A stretch of DNA of 60,722 nucleotides, counting the filler, from Sphacelaria rigidula (Eukaryota): the NCBI GenBank assembly GCA_964200075.2. It is 6 parts of 6 records of this genome, joined end to end, with 100 filler letters (N's around TTAATTAATTAA, not from the genome) between each part and the next. Parts side by side here need not be neighbours in the genome. Positions count along the whole stretch, not along the records: positions 1 to 10,038 come from CAXNAA020007271.1; positions 10,139 to 20,175 come from CAXNAA020007272.1; 4 more parts are not named here. One strand, 5' to 3'. Below the pieces are notes generated by a model that worked only from the letters and a program-made list of their open reading frames with translations, was not told where the DNA came from and searched no databases. Both the position numbers and the translations under genes were made by a program. The stretch's first letter is position 1; the number at the start of each line of letters is the position of its first letter. Shown one piece after another: positions 1-11,639 of this stretch.

Positions 1-706
1 TCGGGGCGAAATGTGGTGGAGCGCAACACCTGGCCCATTCTCATGTTTTGACACCGATTGGAAGTCTACATGAAAACATCTCCCCCCCCCCCCCTCCCAT
101 GTATGGAAGAAACGTAATGTTGTCTTGTCTTGTGAACGCACACTGTAGGTGTATTGAGTCTCGACCTATGTCGTGTTGTGAACGCAGGCAGCACCATCCG
201 CTAAGTGAAACACATAGCCAAGGAATTCAGCCTCATGTTGCGAGTCATGTGGCGGTTTACACGTTGACTACCGCTTTTGCTGGAAGTGAAATTGGGTTTT
301 GGCGTCAAGTACGGCAGTACTAGGTAACACATTTCCCGCAGTACATGCAGACTCTGGGTCGTGTCGTCTGTGATGTTGTCGTTGCTTGAAGAAACGAGAG
401 AAGCGAGGCCGTCCAGGGCATGTACAAAAACAATCTGAGAGACACCTGTGCCAGACTAGTTGACTCCTATGTGGCCCAAGCTCTATACCGCGGCAGCATA
501 TGTAGGGGAGGCACGAGGCACCGAAGCACCACCACCACTACCATACAGTACCACTTGTAGAGAGTGTTCATCGTACAGTACGTGTTACGCTTCTGGTGGG
601 TGTAAGCATAGAGGAGCCCACTTCGAAGGTCCTTTATTTCGTTTCCCCGATGGTCTTATTATTATATATTTCCTTGATAATTGCATGACACTCGCTCGAC
701 CTGCAG

Positions 707-3700
707 TACGCACAAGATATGTTTGATGGGCTGTTCAGGACGGCGGACAGCCTCGCCGATCGCATTTCATCTGCGTCAACCCGATGCTCCCGCCTGCTGC
801 AGGTGAGAACTCCGGGGAGGAGGGGGGGGAGGGGTATTCATCTGTTGCTGGCCTTGGTCATTTGACCGTTGACCATGCATCCCGCGCGAGACGGAGCACC
901 GTTGCTATTTCTAATAGACACCTCCAACGCTCATTGCATTTGTTGCATACATTACGAGCACTCAAAAAACATTTAATGTATCCTATCCCCTCCCTGTTTA
1001 GCCGTTGTGGCCACCATCTATCTCCTAGTAAAACGATCGCTTTCTCGCTACTGTCTGATGTACCCATCGTTTCCATGCCACCTTCGTTTAATGCTCACAG
1101 TTTCCCTTCAACACGTCCCGTTCCTCCTTATATAGTTCATATCATGCCAATATATGAGTTCTACTCTTAATTGCTTCGCCGCGGGGACAATTTTGTGCAT
1201 CCGCTCCCTTCTTCACTCGACTACTGCTACACCCCTTTCATCTTTCCGGCAGGTCCAGGTCCCCCACTCGAATTCGCACTCTCAGCTTTTCCGCGAAGGC
1301 CGTCATGCGGTGCAGATATGTTGTAATCTGGTAATCTCTATCCCTTCTCTCTACCCCCGGTATATGTTGAGGTGCTCTTCCTCGTCTACTTTTCGTCTTG
1401 GCGCTTGTTTTTTCCCTATTTCTGTCATGTCGCTTATTTGTATCTCCCGCATTCAGTCGCTTATTTGTATCTCCCGCATTCACATATGGACATTACTCAT
1501 TTTGGTTTCCTCCTATGCCCGTCCATACTTCTCAACTACGATGTCCCAACTTGTTCCCGCCTACCCGTTCGTCGACTTGTACACGGTCGTTTCACCTATG
1601 GCTGGTAATTTTTTGTCGGCATGCTCCTTACGTTGTATCATTTCAATGTCCTCACGTGTCTGTTTAAATTGAGCACATCCGTGATTCTGCTCTCAATACT
1701 GCTTACCCGTCATTTTTGAGCATCCGAGTGTTTACTTAGCTGCGGTCATGTGTACTGTTTCCAACTTCCACCAACGTCGTGTTCCCCTCCCATACTTCTC
1801 GTGCATATTCCAGCTTTGGTACGATGACATTCATCACAACACATCTATGAGTCCTGGTATCTAGGTGCGAGTCTTTCGGTATCACGTCCATGTTGCCTAT
1901 ATGTGTCTCATCCTTTTATATCTCTGTATTTATGTGCGCATCCCAAGAACAGTTATTTGTATATCTTATGCGAGGTATGTATACTGGTCTACGATCGGAG
2001 CAATGCTACGGTAGGGGTGCACTTTTCGCGCGAAATCTTGTCTGGTTCAGGGGCTCCTAAAGATTCTCGATGCACAAAAATGTGGGTCAGGGTACCCCCG
2101 TTGGTAAATTTGTTCGGGACATCCCTAGCACACTGGAATAATGATCCTGTCGTACTCTCACATATTTCATAAGTCGTGTTTGGCATGCCTCATCGGCAGT
2201 TCCTCTTCTTCCTACTTCCATTTGAGCTCTAACGAGTTCTCCTTATCTTAGTTACATACAAGTACCGCGTATTTGCTCACGTCCGCTATCATTCTCTATT
2301 TCCTGGTATATTCTAGCGCCTCTTCCACTTGTTTTTTGCAGCGCTTGTACTGTTTCTGATACCCGCACAAAATCATCCGCAAACGTCGATCCCAATACCG
2401 TATCTTCCCCCACCTTGACTCCTTGCTTTGCTGCTTCTATTGCTTCCATCGGGTCAACAGTAAATACTCCGCATGTGGGTGATGACGTACATCCTTGGTC
2501 TCCCTGTAACATATCAAAATATTCCGATATGTCCCCATCTAGCATTGTAACACTTATCGCACACTCTGTAATATTTCTCACCATTCTCCGCATTTTCCCT
2601 TTGATCCCAGCTCCCCACGTCTTTTTCCGCAACCCATTTCTCCATACTGTGTCGTGGGCCTTTTGTACATCTAGGAAGAAACAGGACGTTGTCAGCTCGG
2701 CGTCTTTCCTACCTTGCATAATTCAATGTTGTGTTTACACATGGTACACATGGCCCACGCAGCTACGGTTTGGTCTTGAATCTTGTTGTCCCTCGCCGGG
2801 GGGGATAAGGAACCGCACACAGTTTGACCTTGTCAGGCTATCGTTGCTTGAAAGGCATTGAAGCGTAAGTCGTTGGTACGTGTTGGGTACATCTACACCA
2901 TTTTCACGCTTTCATCAAGTCATCGTCGCCCTGCCCAGGTCCTTCCGGAGGCAGAGCGGCGGACGGCTGAGGCGATCGGCGGCGGAAGCGCCACTGACGA
3001 TAGCGCAGCTGTGGAAGCAGTGAAAGCACTGCGGCACAAGGCAAATCAGGTGAAATAGCAATTCCAAGGCGTCGTGTGCGCTGACAGTGTATGTGAGACG
3101 GACGGTCACGCCTCCTTGACCACCAACATTCGAATCTACGGTACGTAGGACCACGCAACAATGATTCAACAGCACCAGTGGTGCGTCTTGTTTGCCGCTC
3201 TCAGGCCGAACGCGAAGCGGCGGCGAAAGTATTTCTTCCTGAGGCGATGCCGCGGTGGTTAGTGGAGCGATACCACAGCCCAGAGGTGAGTTCACTGCGT
3301 ACCATGATACTGCCGCAAATCTGATGAAGGGGAACACCGTACGCAAGGGTGAGCCCGCTTGGCTAAATTGTTCATGCGGCGGTTGTGATATATATGATAC
3401 TGTATGGAAACATGAAGGGCCCTCTCCTTTTTTCACCACCACCTTCTGCCGGCGTCCAGGTTGCCCGTGTTCCGGAGTTGCATCTCATAGACGCTGTCAT
3501 CTCCACGGAAGAGAAACAGCTTTTGAGGAAGGACGGCCTAGACAGCTGTGCGCTGCGGTGAGCGTGAAGCGCCCATATGAAATGTACTCATGATTGCATT
3601 CGTCTTCGTTGTATGTAGATGTGAAACTGGCATGAACCCGAACGTGATGAGTATCAAACGATGCTGACAACGTTGTTTGCGTTTGTCGTGATGCCGCTTA

Positions 3701-6700
3701 TCATGAGAAACCACCTGCGCGCTTATCCCAGTGTGAGCACGGCAGTTTGTACAAAGCAGCTGCAGTAGCAAAAACCACGGGTATGAAATCTATGACTATC
3801 GTCACCCTAATCCGAACACAATGAACGTGTACTCAACGTAGATGACGCGCAGAAGCACCGAGGAAGTCAACGAATCAGCCAGAGTCTTGCTGTACTCTCG
3901 AATTCTCCGCGATGAAGCGCACGTTTCGAGTAGGATTTTCGTTATGCAGGGAGACGAGTTGATGAAGAGCATGATCGGCTTATGGCTTGCGACGAACGTC
4001 TACCTACTTCGTGTTGGCTGTATGTCTGCTGTGCCTAGCCTAGCCTATAATATGTTGTCTGTCTCCCAATGCAAATGTGAAGTTTGCTCTCAGTTGCGGA
4101 AAATTCAACGCTGTACAGGCATCGTCCACTGACTGTAGTATCAGGAAAAGAAAAGAAAAAATTGAAACCGCCGCGTTTCTGCCTGAATTCCGCAGGTACT
4201 CCAATCCGCAATTCTTTTACCAGGAGTGGTTTCGACTGGAGATGGAGCGGCAGGTGCGCCCTAATTTTTTCGGCTCTCTTTTGACCGTACAGTCTGTGTG
4301 CAACTAGTAATGGCACACTCGTAGAGCGGCCAAGTGAGTGTCGGATCTATTTGCTGGCGTGAAGGTTGTTTTACGATGCTCGCTACGCACGGATTCTGTT
4401 GCTACAGGACAAATCTGTGAAAGAAAAGAAACAGAAGAAGGAAGAGCGCAAACGTCGGAAAGCTGCAGCAAAGGCTGCTGGCGCAGCACGAGTGGTTGGG
4501 GAGCAGAGCGAGGAGAGCACGCGTGTTGCACGTCCAGCCAAGAAATCGTTGTCAGACTGGAGGGGCAAGCTCAGCATGGCGGGATTCGGCGCCGAGAGGG
4601 GTGGCAGCGCAAGGAGTTCCGCCGGAGATGTAACGTCGCTTGTCGGAAAAGAAAGGCTTGTAGTGCAAAAACAAGAGGCATATGGCGACAAGTTCTTCAG
4701 GAAGGTGCTTACAGCGTACACCTGAGTGCTTGGGTGTTGGGTGGCGTATCTTTCTGCCGACATGCAACACGTGTCCCAAAGACACGTGCAAGCGGTCGCT
4801 AATTTCCGCGTCACCGCGCGTCTGATATTTTATTTCTCAGGGAAGAGCGGGTTGTGTGGACCACGCCGCGCTTTTGTCGCCTCCGAGTCGTCGTACATTC
4901 CAACGGTCAGAGTCGTCGCTGTTCCCATTCGTCCTGTTTCTTAAACGCTTACTGGTTGTCCTTTCTGTCGTTGCCATCCTGAAAGCGAAGGAGGAAGAGT
5001 TCGCAGACACAGGTTACCAGATTGCCGCAGCAGATACTGGTGCGGCTGGTGGTCCTCGGCCCTTGAAGCAACCGACCGGTGCTCTCACCGTGGAAGATTT
5101 CTATAAAAAACCCGGAACTTCCAAAACCGATAGCAGGTCAGAGCGTATGTTGAGTGTTGCTGTTATGGATGCCAATACAGCTGAAGGCGTATGCGATGGT
5201 CGTTCCTTGCATCTGTCACAACAGCGTGTAAAACTTGGAAGCTTGTCCAGTTCGCCGCACGTCAATCTAGATTCAAGCAGCGTCGATGACTCTGCAAACC
5301 CTTGTTTGACTGCAACCTGTGTACAGGCGACTGTTCCTCCCAAGCTCGGCACGAGCGGGGCAATCCGGCGCTGGTGGGGGGCAGTCGACATCTTCCATAC
5401 CTCCACCGCCTCAGGCTCCAGCTGCGCAGCCGTCATTTTCACAAACTCCGCCTCTCCCCCCTCCCCCCTCTACATCTACCCGACCGTTAGTGCCACAACC
5501 ACCGCCGCCGCCGGAAGCTGACTCTGCGTCGCTTCGTTTCCCGCCAGAGATGCCTAGCCCGGACTATGCCACACAGGCGGCGCCGCCAGTGCCGCCGCCC
5601 CCGCCTCAGTCTCGCCCCCCTGCTCCACAGGCACCACCACCTCCTCCACCGCCGCCGGTTCCTGCTGCTGTTGTGGACGACACACCTTCTCGCCCGAGCT
5701 ACATGGTGTGGGGAGCTGAAGAGGAAACGGCTCAAGCCAGCCCTCCGGCGCCGCCACCGCCGCCGCCACCGGCAGCTCCGCCCCTCCCTACTCCGGTGAG
5801 CTTGTGAACAGTGTAGCAGCAGCCTGATTTGTCCAGTCTTTAATGGCCTCAAGAGACAGCGTAGATATTTTGTAGTCTGTGGCAGCGGCCGCCTTACGCG
5901 ACGTGAGGTTCGCAATTGTTTGCCCTCAACGGCATAAACGTTATCCCGTCTCGTGTTTCATCGTATGCTCTGTCATCGCTTTACGTGTGCAGGATCCATC
6001 CTACAACGAAGAATGGTCGTCCGAGGTACCCGCAGCGCCTCCCCTACCACCAGCCAATCCACCTGTTCCTCCCCCGGTAGGTGAAGTAGCTGGCGAACGT
6101 CCTCATTACAGCCTTCGAGGAAGGGAGCTGTCTCACGGAAATCACCCTTGTTCGTATGTTGGCCATGACAGTTTCATGGCGAATATCGTTGATCTGTTTT
6201 TTTCAAACGTGTCGAAATGGTGTATGCTTGAAAGTGAATCGGCCACTAGGGTCCGGGAACTACGTTTCTATTTCGAGTGTCGATTACGAGGACTCGCGTG
6301 TCCCTGGTGGCCCGCGTTCCGAGGGATACACCACCGTGAAGAAGGAACTGACTCCTGTAAATGATTCATATGCATGCCTTTGTCTTGCCAATGGCAAATG
6401 CCGAAACATGGCCTCCCGCAATCTTAATCCGCATGCTCAAGAACCTATGGCAACAATTTTCGCCGCTTGGAATTAAACGAATGTCAATCCATGGCCCTCA
6501 TTGCGTGGTTTCGACCCCGTGCTACAGCTCCCAGAGGCCCCTGCGTTGTATCCTGGCGAAGTGCCAGGTCCGCCCCCGCTTCCACCACCCGCCTCCGCGA
6601 CCGCTCAACCCTCTCGTAGTGACTTGATGTCTAGCATCAAAGGAGGAGGCAAGACTCTTCGACCAGTCAAACGGGAGCCGGAAGATGGTGGCGGTGTGGA

Positions 6701-7393
6701 TAGTAGCGGTAACGAGCTACTGGATGCCATCAAGTAAGTGCCCGCCAATGTGTCCACGCAATCGACGATGAAGCCTGAGTATTGTTTGTGCAACCTCAAC
6801 TTATTTATCGGAACGGATCGAAGGACGCGAGTCACGTGTCACGACTCCCATTCGACGTGTGGAATATGGAATATTGTAAGGGTCGCGTGGCACGGAGTGG
6901 CGGTTAGCGCACACGTAGTGGCAACACGTATCCCCGGCGCAAACATCCTTGAAGATCCTGAGTACCATTCCCCACTTGCGTGTGTCGTACAGGAAAGGCG
7001 CTCAGCTTAACCCCGTGAAGCGAGCAGAGGAGCCATCGGCTGTCGCAAACAACCCCCTCTTCGGCGGTAACCCGGGCATCAACGACATCCTTGCAAGGTA
7101 AAGAGCTTTGCGGGCGAGGATTCTATCCTGGATTCGTGGTACGTTTCTTTGTCGCGGGCGTTTTGAGAGATGGAATCTGGAATCCCGAAATACGCGCGCT
7201 ATGCCACGGGCTTCTACACTCTTTTTCAGTCTGACCCGCTCGACTGCGAGAGGGTGGTGAAGCCGATCGCACAATTTTGATGTGTGCTCAAACCCCCTCC
7301 TTGTGTGCTATTCGCTTGTGTAGGCGGCAATTCTTGGAGGCGGAGAGTGAGGAGTCGGACAGCGACGACGATTCAGACTGGGATGACGAGTGA
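707..7393 (+). CDS. SCAR: SCAR/WAVE family actin nucleation-promoting factor (WHD - basic - proline-rich - WH2-WH2-C-A), 5'-partial, 12 exons
   Basis: GT-AG exons with consistent phases: 707-802 (YAQDMFDGLFRTADSLADRISSASTRCSRLLQ), 2939-3049, 3205-3285 (VFLPEAMPRWLVERY), 3460-3557 (PELHLID...GLDSCALR), 4196-4253 (YSNPQFFYQEWFRLEMERQ), 4408-4704 (basic KEKKQKKEERKRRK), 4991-5136, 5327-5795 (poly-Pro), 5993-6076, 6528-6733 (RSDLMSSIKGGGKTLRPV), 6993-7097 (KGAQLNPV...INDILAR), 7324-7393 (RQFLEAESEESDSDDDSDWDDE*). Matches the WAVE homology domain motifs (YAEDIFGEL; YT[DN]PS[YF]F) and the C-terminal acidic region with Trp. First exon(s) lie off the scaffold. The exon 9/10 boundary has an alternative in-phase option. 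Confidence 0.9.
1090..2860 (-). mobile_element. Degenerate non-LTR (LINE) retrotransposon ORF2 remnant in a SCAR intron
   Basis: ORF 2252-2719: FLDVQKAHDTVWRNGL...QGCTSSPT...FADDFV (LINE RT motifs). Downstream fragments LRVRIRVGDLDLPER and CPRGEAIKSRTHI...YKEERDVL resemble a LINE C-terminal Cys/His region. Stops and frameshifts are present; boundaries approximate. Confidence 0.8.
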
Positions 7394-8769
7394 AGTTGCA
7401 GAACGCACGTGTAGAACTGTGACGATGCTGACGCGCCATCCGACACCGCCGACGGTCATCCTCGAATGGGCGTACCATACATGTAGCAGCATTGCGTTTC
7501 GTAGAAAAATATAGGTCGCGCCTGGGGGCAATGCTTGTATTATCCTGATACTGGGAGCACAAGATATGAATGAGGTGGTGGGTAGGATATCGAGTCCCGA
7601 GCTATTCTAATAATGTGTATCAACTGGAAACCGAAGGAACCTCTGTTGCGCTTATTTTGTCAAGAATTTTGGTGATGTGAGAAATGTAGAGGGGTGGTCA
7701 TGTCCGGAAGCAGTAGTGCGGTCCGCAAAATGTCTCAAGTCATCTGCTGACGACTTGAGAAGCCATCGGGCGAGCTCGCATATGGATTCATGCGCCGAAG
7801 TATTCAACCAGTGCACCCTATGCCCTTGTTTGAAGCCAAACCAAGCTCTGGATAATGGCAGTCCATCCGTCCAACACTTGCATGGCATGAGCCAAGATGG
7901 TTGAATAATCACTTGGATTGGGCTTTGTAGCACCACGCGCTGTATGGTTCGTCCCTCAGCTCATAATATTGTATACCTGCTACTTTATTGCGGCCATCAA
8001 CTTCATCAGAAGTCCTTGGGACCCCCTGCACCAGACAAGATTTAGCGCTAAAAGTGAACCCCTACCGTAGCGTTGCTCTGAGATATGGCTGTGGGAGCAC
8101 AAGAATATGGGTCAGCGCATCCCAGTTTGCAAACCCATGTTCGGGATATCCCCAGTACCTTGGAACAGTAATCCTGACGTACCCTCACATATTTTTTAAG
8201 TCGTGTTTTGGATTAGATGAACGGCTCCTAACATTTGTAACCTCAGAAAATATACATGCACCCCTACCGTAGCATCACACCTCATCGACACGGACGAACT
8301 GGGCATTCGTGATCCGCATATCTTCTTAATCGTGTAATCAAGGGGCAGATGCCCATCCGCCTAAAAGCCTGGGCTAACTTTTTCTTGTTGATTGAACGAT
8401 ATATGCAGCAGCGACGATGACGATCTTTGGTGGGAGCATTCCCTGAACCACGGGGAAACGGTCGATACCCTCACCTTCACCTAACTCGTTATCTATCTAG
8501 AGACATGGTGTGTATAAGAATATTCCATACTACACTCGATATATTACGAGCGGAGGCACTACGTACTCCGAATCTGGATTTCGCGTCTCAGAGTTCAGAG
8601 TTATGCTTCGAACTTTACTATGGAGAGCGATGAAGAAAGCTTTAGCTCGTCGAGACTTTATTTTTTTTTTCCCCATTTTTACACCTCTTGCGGGTGTTTC
8701 AGGGAAGCATGGACATTGTTTCTGGTCCTTATCTCAGTTTCGCAGCTCAATTTCCAAAATTGATCACGT

Positions 8770-9060
8770 TTTCGTGAGGATGAGAGTAGAGCGCTGATTG
8801 AGGGTGGCTTTGACCATTCGCTTTCACCAAGCCATTTTTTCATCCCGTGTATGCTTTTCTCTACCTGTATCACTGGCGTGTGCTTCCAGCTACACGCCAA
8901 TATCCCACTCAGGGATACCAAGGGCCTCAGTGGCAAGCTACTGCAGAAAACGTACTGGGTCTCGTGGAGGGGCATTTCGGAACTGAAACGATTCATTCGC
9001 TATTTGACCGCTGTTCACTCTCAATCGTAACAACTACTCTCTCATCCTCACGTAAACATT
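8770..9060. repeat. Dispersed repeat, inverted copy at ~49670-49965
   Basis: Conceptual translations align (YAFLYLYHWRVLPATRQYPTQGYQGPQW vs CAFLCLYHICVLTATRRYPTWGYQEPQW) on different scaffolds. Confidence 0.75.
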
Positions 9061-9554
9061 GTTCATTGTGATGTCAAATTGACTTTGGGGCGTACTGAAA
9101 ACAAGGAGTGGGTGTTTCAGTTTTTTTATTGATGAGTCAAGGACGCTCTCTTGACAAAAGAAAGGTCTTGACTAAAACGTCCTCAACTCATGAGAAGATG
9201 AAAGATCAACGTGTCGCATATATATATATATATATATATATTATTGGCCTTGCGATTTCCCACATGAGATTTCATAACACGAATACCAAACTTGGGTCGG
9301 TAAGTGGCCTGCAAAATACTCTTCCGAATTTCGACTGGCCCTGGTTCTGAATCGCCCATTCTCGCCTCAATTTTGAGACTTTTTGGACTTTCAAATGTGA
9401 TATCATGAAGAATGAAACGATGAAAGAAAACACCTTGGGAAGTGAAGATTTATTTTCATGATTTACGGACACTTCACTGAAAATTGGATATTGAGTTTTG
9501 CCCCCAGCTCAGGCCGCTCCTTATTATAGTGAGCAAAATTCAAGTCCTGTAAAA

Positions 9555-9925
9555 AAAACGATCCTTTTTCGTCGTTTTACGCCCCAGAAGAGAGCTAGGC
9601 GGAGTTTCACACATTTGTATGACTTACTCTACTCGCTGAGACGGTTCTCGGACATGTTCGCGTTGCCCGATGGCGCGCAGTTTTTATTTTGGCCAAACTT
9701 GAATTCTTGCTCAAGAACTACTACTGTTGAGAACGGTCAAATCTAGAAAAAAACTGTCATTTGTCTCTGGACAAAAATACTTGTTTGGCCAAAATATAGA
9801 CTGCGACCATCATCGGAAAGGCGAGCATATGTCCTCAGACCGCCTAAATGAGTACAGTAAGTCATTCAAAGATGTAAAAATGCGTCTAGCTCTCTTCTAG
9901 GGCGTAAACAACGAAGAAGGGCCGA
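9555..9925. mobile_element. Imperfect foldback/MITE-like element related to 49974-50445
   Basis: Long imperfect inverted arms (cgtcgttttacgccccagaagagagctag ... ctagctctcttctaggggcgtaaacaacg). Confidence 0.65.
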
Positions 9926-10038
9926 AACAGCGGCCTCACGAAAGGAAAATGTACTCACATACCACCTTTTTTTTTTTTCCGTTGTGTCCTTTTCATTCTC
10001 CATACCAAATTTGTAAGCCCATATCGGAAGGGCGTCGT

Positions 10039-10138
10039 NNNNNNNNNNNNNNNNNNNNNNNNNNNNNNNNNNNNNNNNNNNNTTAATTAATTAANNNNNN
10101 NNNNNNNNNNNNNNNNNNNNNNNNNNNNNNNNNNNNNN
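10039..10138. other. Artificial scaffold linker (N44-TTAATTAATTAA-N44)
   Basis: Identical 100-nt linker with stops in all six frames. Confidence 0.98.
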
Positions 10139-10207
10139 CTGAGGTTTTCTCTCCTCGGGGTCAATTTTTTACCAGAGGTTTTCTCTCCACTTTTTTCTTC
10201 AAAGAAA

Positions 10208-10328
10208 GTGCGTCCGACGGGAATCGAACCAGCGACTAGATATGACGGTTTAAGAGACAACCAACTAGACTACTGACAAGTCAGCACTGACTTGTCAGTA
10301 GTCTAGTTGGTTGTCTCTTAAACCGTCA
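10208..10328 (-). mobile_element. tRNA-derived SINE-like head with a perfect foldback
   Basis: Minus strand has A-box-like TAGTCTAGTTGG and B-box GGTTCGATTCC. 10243-10328 is a perfect 42-bp-arm palindrome. Confidence 0.55.
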
Positions 10329-10629
10329 CAAACCCAATGTTTCGCCGCAACTGACCACTCAACGCAGGTATGCCACGACGCTGTGGACGACCAACCAATT
10401 CTTCTCCGTGTGCGAGCCTCATGCACCTGCGATAGCGACATTCTCCCCTGATGATTCCGGTGTACGTTCGATCAGCGTGATGACTCTTCCACGCATCTAC
10501 GGTTGAGCGGTCCATCTTGGTTGAATCTGTCGAGTTGGCATATTGTGACCGACGTGTTCGAACTGCCCTCCTCCTTTCCCCCCACCCGCGTGCATGTTAT
10601 TTTCAACGCGTTGATGTGTGTATGTGTAG

Positions 10630-10716
10630 ATGTTGGGCATGATCAAGTTGTCCAAGAACAAGAGCGTTGCTGCAGAGGCCGGTGACGATCAAGCGCCATC
10701 TTCGGGGGTCATGCAG
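10630..10716 (+). CDS. Isolated putative exon of an unknown gene (MLGMIKLSKNKSVAAEAGDDQAPSSGVMQ)
   Basis: Flanked by TAG acceptor and CAG|GTGAGG donor; 87 nt, open, coding-like codon usage. No homology recognised. Confidence 0.35.
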
Positions 10717-11024
10717 GTGAGGCCGACTGCTGCTCATGTCTCGTGCTTGCGATCAACCATTTGGAATCCCCAGGGATTCCAATGCAACGGCCGGAGAAAG
10801 GTACTTGAAATGGAGGGCTCCCGATCTGCGGCTTTCGACATTTTTGGTTTTCTACTTTTCGTCCGCCTCACCGGTTTTGTAGAAAACACGAGTGTCGGAT
10901 ACCGTGCTGCAGGCCACATACTTTTGTCTTGTTTTGACAAAATTGGTGTAGAAATTGATATTTCATGCTTTGTGGATGTCGTGGTCTATCCTGGGCTGTC
11001 GGTTTCTTGGCCCTTTGCTGCATT

Positions 11025-11196
11025 GCACACCCTGGACGACACATGGTCAGTATATGCAATATACGAAAAATGTACTGGGTGAAGTTTGGGCCTACTGCAA
11101 CAATTGGCCTACACTAGTTGCAATAGGACTATACTTCACCCAGTACATTTTCGTCTATTCTTGCATATATTCGCCATATTATTGTCCAGGGTGTGC
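11025..11196. mobile_element. ~170-bp hairpin MITE (second copy at 35496-35667)
   Basis: Ends GCACACCCTGGAC...GTCCAGGGTGTGC; inverted arms run nearly to the centre; homologous copy on another scaffold. Confidence 0.75.
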
Positions 11197-11639
11197 TACA
11201 TTGTGACCATGGCTGGGTCTCTCGGGGATCAGCTAATGCGCGACCATCCGTCAGTGTCTTTTTATTAACTCTTTAGGAACCGCTGATAGAAAAGTGACGA
11301 TTTACAAACTCCCATACGCAAGCTTTGGTCACCGGGGGAACGCCACTTCGAGTTCAGTGCACGTGTCTGTCACATAAGTATACTTGAACTGAGAGTGGTA
11401 CATCGTTTCGGTGGGCTGGGATCGCGCACGTTCAGGGCTATTAAGCGCGCGATTATTCCGCATATCTCCAATTCGGCATTATCCTTACCTCTATTTCCTA
11501 GCCTACAGTAGACTGGAAACCCTGGACTGCTGCCGAGATAGCCCCCCCCCTCAAACCCGCCAAAAACGTGCACGGAGGCGATAATCGTAACTGCCATTAC
11601 AGCTGGTTTCGTGCTGCACGACTCGACTGATTCGGGCGT

